From: Blepharisma stoltei ATCC 30299
Taxonomy: Eukaryota; Protista; Ciliophora
Direction: 5' to 3'
DNA length: 64,000 bases
Assembly: GCA_965603825.1 (NCBI GenBank)
Contig: CBFDEM010000034.1
Location: 310,001-374,000 of the forward strand
The notes under the pieces were generated by a model, which made no database searches, was not told the DNA's origin, and saw nothing but the letters and a program-made list of their open reading frames with translations. Both the position numbers and the translations under genes were made by a program. Shown piece after piece: positions 60,841-64,000 of the stretch. Numbering within the stretch: the stretch's first letter is position 1; each line of letters starts with the position of its first letter.

Positions 60841-63800
60841 ATGTCACTAAATTCAAGGAAAAAGCGGGATCAAGGATTAGAGTCAAACTCTTCCTCAACT
60901 AAAGACTATTTTGACCCCCTTCACAATGAAATTCTCGACCCTCGAGCTCTTATACTAGATTGGCTTCATCTATATTCCACTCACGAAAAAGAAGCTTTGG
61001 CTTCATTTTTATCATTAATCCTTCAGTCATGTGGGCTCAGCAAAAATCTAGTAACTCTTGACGATCTTGAAGAATCTGACATGGAAAATCTCTTATCAAA
61101 GATTCAAGAAGACTCTAAAGACTGTGATGAGTATCCTCTTATATCCAAAAATAAAGGCTTCAAAAATTATTCAAGCCTGTATCATAGAGTTTATTTTCAT
61201 CTCATAAGAGAAGCTGGGGATAAAATTTATGATGGGATTATGCTGAATTTCTTAATAAACTGGCTATCAAGTCTCACTTTTATGACAATGCGACCTATAA
61301 GGCATACCGCCACTTTTGGGATTGTAAACTTAGGAAATTCTTTACTAGATCTTTTAGTAAATGAAGTCAATGATAAAGAGAAATTGAAGGTGCTAAAGCA
61401 AAATGAAGCTAAAAGTGGCAATAATCAAAAGCTTGAAGAACTAAAGGAGCACGAAATCCAATTAGACACCAAAATTAAAAAACTTATTGAAATGCTAGAT
61501 TCAATAAGAAAAGAAGTAATCGGGTTTAGATGCAAAGATATTATGCCTGAAATAAGAATTTTGTCCTCACAATGCATAAGTTATTGGGCTGAAAAATACC
61601 CAAGCAAATATTTAAATAACGATACCTTCAAATGCATGGGTATGATGCTATATGATAAATCCCCAGAGGTCAGGGAAGCTGTCATAAGACTTATCAATAA
61701 AATTTGTACATGGGAAATTGATCCAAAATTTATTGGACTTATCATAAAATTAAAGCCAAGGATTATAGCAATGTGTTATGATATAGAAAATAAATGCTGT
61801 ATTGAGGCAATAGAAGCCTGCAAAAAATTAAATGAAATTATTAAATTTTCTGACGAAGACAAAGATGTAATTTCAAGATTAATTTGGACTGAAAATGAAG
61901 AAATTAGAGACGCTACATGTGATTTTATTATTTCTGCTGTTTTTAATGACTCTTTGCCTAAAGAAACTATGGCAACTGGATTTGGGCTTGATCAAGGAAA
62001 ATACATAGACGCTGAAAAAGCTATCCTTTTACTTGTGAATTTTTTTATAAAATATTCAAATGGCCAAATATATCTTATTGATCCTTTTGTCAAAGCATTT
62101 TGGAGTAAAACAAGCGCAATTCGGTCATGGGAAGCTATGACTAATCTACTAAGTCTTGGAGATTCTTCAAGACCAGGGACAGCTGAACTTCATAACGACC
62201 AAAAAATGGTTATTATCAATTTTCTTATTTCCTCACTAAAAAACTTGCAAAATCTTTCAGAGCAAAAACCAAAAAATTCTATGGTAAATCTCAGCACAAT
62301 TTTAATTTCCCATTTGCCACAATTATTTACATATTTTAGAGCTAATCAAATAATATCAAATGAGCTTGCAAAGCTTACAAATTATCTTGATCTTAGTGCT
62401 TTAGCTTCTAAAGATTTAAAAGCGCCTTTTAATCAGCTGATCTCTGCATTAACTGATTTGCATCTCCAGTCAGATAATATTGAAACTTTAATGAAAACTG
62501 GACAAAGTCTCAGCAAATTCGCAAAAGAGCCTCATCCGCTTCAAAAAGATTCAAGAACTGAGCTTACGAAATTGACTGATTATTGCTGTGAAGAGCTTAA
62601 AAAAGAATTTAAAAAATTTACATTAGAAGGAGAAGAAGGAGTCCTAGAAGTTTGGCTGAAAAGAATTGAGGGGTTAATTTCTCATAAAGACATATTAGAA
62701 GAATTAACTAAAGAAAGATTTGAAGATTTTACTTATGTGATTTCTCAATATTTGAGTGATAGCATTAATAATTCAGGTATCACGCTAAGCTGCGCAAGAA
62801 TTTTATATTCCTGGAATCTTTGGTATCTTCATGAAGTTGTAGAAAAGACTGAATTAGTTGACGATTATATAGAAAAAAGAAATAATATTATCGAATTATT
62901 TACAGCTTTAGTAGCAAAAGCTGACTGCCAATTTGAATTAAGAAAAGAAGCTTTTAAGCTGCTATGTGAGACTATAATGGTAATTTCTGGAAAAAATTCA
63001 AAAGGTTCGTTAGTTCATTATGAAGTCGGTGAAGATGTGTGGGGAACTATAGAAGAATATATGTCAGAAATTCCTATTGATACTGAAAATGACGCTAAAA
63101 TGATTTCAAATCCGAATGCTACAGTTCTTAATATTAAAAATAGCTCAGATGCTGACTCCACATCTCAATTAGTCTGTATTCATATAGCCAGAATTATCTG
63201 TACATGCCCATCAATTACAAACTCTCATCTTCCTTCAAGCTTTTTTGCGAATTTTGGGATTTCTACATTAAAAACTATAAACATTATAGTTAAACATGTA
63301 TTAAATTTCTTTAAATTCGCAGAAAATAAGCCAGAAAGCAATGATAATGTCTTATTCACAATTATGCTAGAATCACTTATAAAATGTATGGGAAACGGCA
63401 CAGATGAAGACATTAATGCTATGAAAGAGCTAGCCAAAAAATTTGTGACATCAATTGGGGTTGGGCCATTAAAATCTAAACAAGCTGACAAATTTGTGTT
63501 GTTTTTGCTTGATGGGATAAAGTTTGCTTTAAACGATAAAGAAAATTTCCCTATTTTAGAAGCACTGAGCATGTTCATAGGGAAAAATTATATAAGTCAG
63601 TCTCAAATGAAAGATTTATATGAAAAAATATCAAAAGATTCTGATAAAATAATCGAAGTTTTAAAAACTGGAGAAAATAATGCAGAGACCTATCCATTAG
63701 AAAAATTTGTGTATTTATTAAGCAAACAAGTAGGATTATCAAGGACTGCACCTATTGAGCCCAGCGAAAATGACAAAATGGTTATTGAAAAGACTAAAAA

Positions 63801-64000
63801 AACCTCTAAAATGAAAACACCACCTAAATCAACAGCGAAAAAATCAAAAGAAAAGCCAGCTCAAAGTGAAAAGAAAAAAACTAGCCAAGAAGAAGACAAA
63901 CTGAATAAAACAAATAAAAAAGAAGAGCCAAGCTCAAGCCAAAGACCTAGAAGAGCTGCAAAAGACAAAGCTAAATTAATTTCAGAAAAAAAATCCAAGA
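60841..64000 (+). CDS. STAG: Cohesin subunit STAG/Scc3 (stromalin), 3'-partial; absent from ORF track because it has no stop in the window
   Basis: Hand translation: 'LDWLHLY…ALASFLSLILQSCG', STAG domain 'WLSSLT…RPIRHTATF', SCD 'RCKDIMPEIR…WAEKYPSKYLN…MLYDKSPEVR'; Lys-rich tail. Confidence 0.92.
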   Translation, partial: MSLNSRKKRDQGLESNSSSTKDYFDPLHNEILDPRALILDWLHLYSTHEKEALASFLSLILQSCGLSKNLVTLDDLEESDMENLLSKIQEDSKDCDEYPLISKNKGFKNYSSLYHRVYFHLIREAGDKIYDGIMLNFLINWLSSLTFMTMRPIRHTATFGIVNLGNSLLDLLVNEVNDKEKLKVLKQNEAKSGNNQKLEELKEHEIQLDTKIKKLIEMLDSIRKEVIGFRCKDIMPEIRILSSQCISYWAEKYPSKYLNNDTFKCMGMMLYDKSPEVREAVIRLINKICTWEIDPKFIGLIIKLKPRIIAMCYDIENKCCIEAIEACKKLNEIIKFSDEDKDVISRLIWTENEEIRDATCDFIISAVFNDSLPKETMATGFGLDQGKYIDAEKAILLLVNFFIKYSNGQIYLIDPFVKAFWSKTSAIRSWEAMTNLLSLGDSSRPGTAELHNDQKMVIINFLISSLKNLQNLSEQKPKNSMVNLSTILISHLPQLFTYFRANQIISNELAKLTNYLDLSALASKDLKAPFNQLISALTDLHLQSDNIETLMKTGQSLSKFAKEPHPLQKDSRTELTKLTDYCCEELKKEFKKFTLEGEEGVLEVWLKRIEGLISHKDILEELTKERFEDFTYVISQYLSDSINNSGITLSCARILYSWNLWYLHEVVEKTELVDDYIEKRNNIIELFTALVAKADCQFELRKEAFKLLCETIMVISGKNSKGSLVHYEVGEDVWGTIEEYMSEIPIDTENDAKMISNPNATVLNIKNSSDADSTSQLVCIHIARIICTCPSITNSHLPSSFFANFGISTLKTINIIVKHVLNFFKFAENKPESNDNVLFTIMLESLIKCMGNGTDEDINAMKELAKKFVTSIGVGPLKSKQADKFVLFLLDGIKFALNDKENFPILEALSMFIGKNYISQSQMKDLYEKISKDSDKIIEVLKTGENNAETYPLEKFVYLLSKQVGLSRTAPIEPSENDKMVIEKTKKTSKMKTPPKSTAKKSKEKPAQSEKKKTSQEEDKLNKTNKKEEPSSSQRPRRAAKDKAKLISEKKSK

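Overview
Eukaryotic, gene-dense, AT-rich DNA, most likely the macronuclear genome of a heterotrich ciliate of the Blepharisma type. Two features explain the fragmented ORF track. First, in-frame TGA encodes Trp: it sits at conserved Trp positions in CK1, Polo kinase, MORN and WD40 repeats and swaps with TGG between paralogs, while reassembled genes end in TAA/TAG. Second, genes carry tiny 15-16 nt GT..AG introns with an invariant A at position 10 (14 found). Reassembled, the window holds about 34 protein genes (PDS5, CK1, amino-acid transporter, BK/Slo channel, sorting nexin, SSNA1, centrin, MFS transporter, PLK, PRX5, MORN, CCDC61/VFL3, arrestin, NDUFV1, DHFR-TS, CCCH zinc finger, STAG/Scc3, two large surface proteins and others), one tRNA-Ile(UAU), and a DUSP pseudogene remnant missed by the ORF track. 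The most interesting items are: (a) a 13.5-kb array of five NACHT-less, NLR-like genes (Cys/His finger, pentapeptide repeat, WD40) with an invariant pentapeptide core, hypervariable predicted propeller-surface positions, mosaic sequence exchange, one frameshifted copy and TA-bounded spacer deletions; (b) a tandem pair of allantoinase-like pseudoenzymes that lost most metal ligands and gained a conserved phospho-motif insert; (c) divergent arrestin and NDUFV1 genes with only 20 bp between start codons. All calls were made by eye; no database searches were run.
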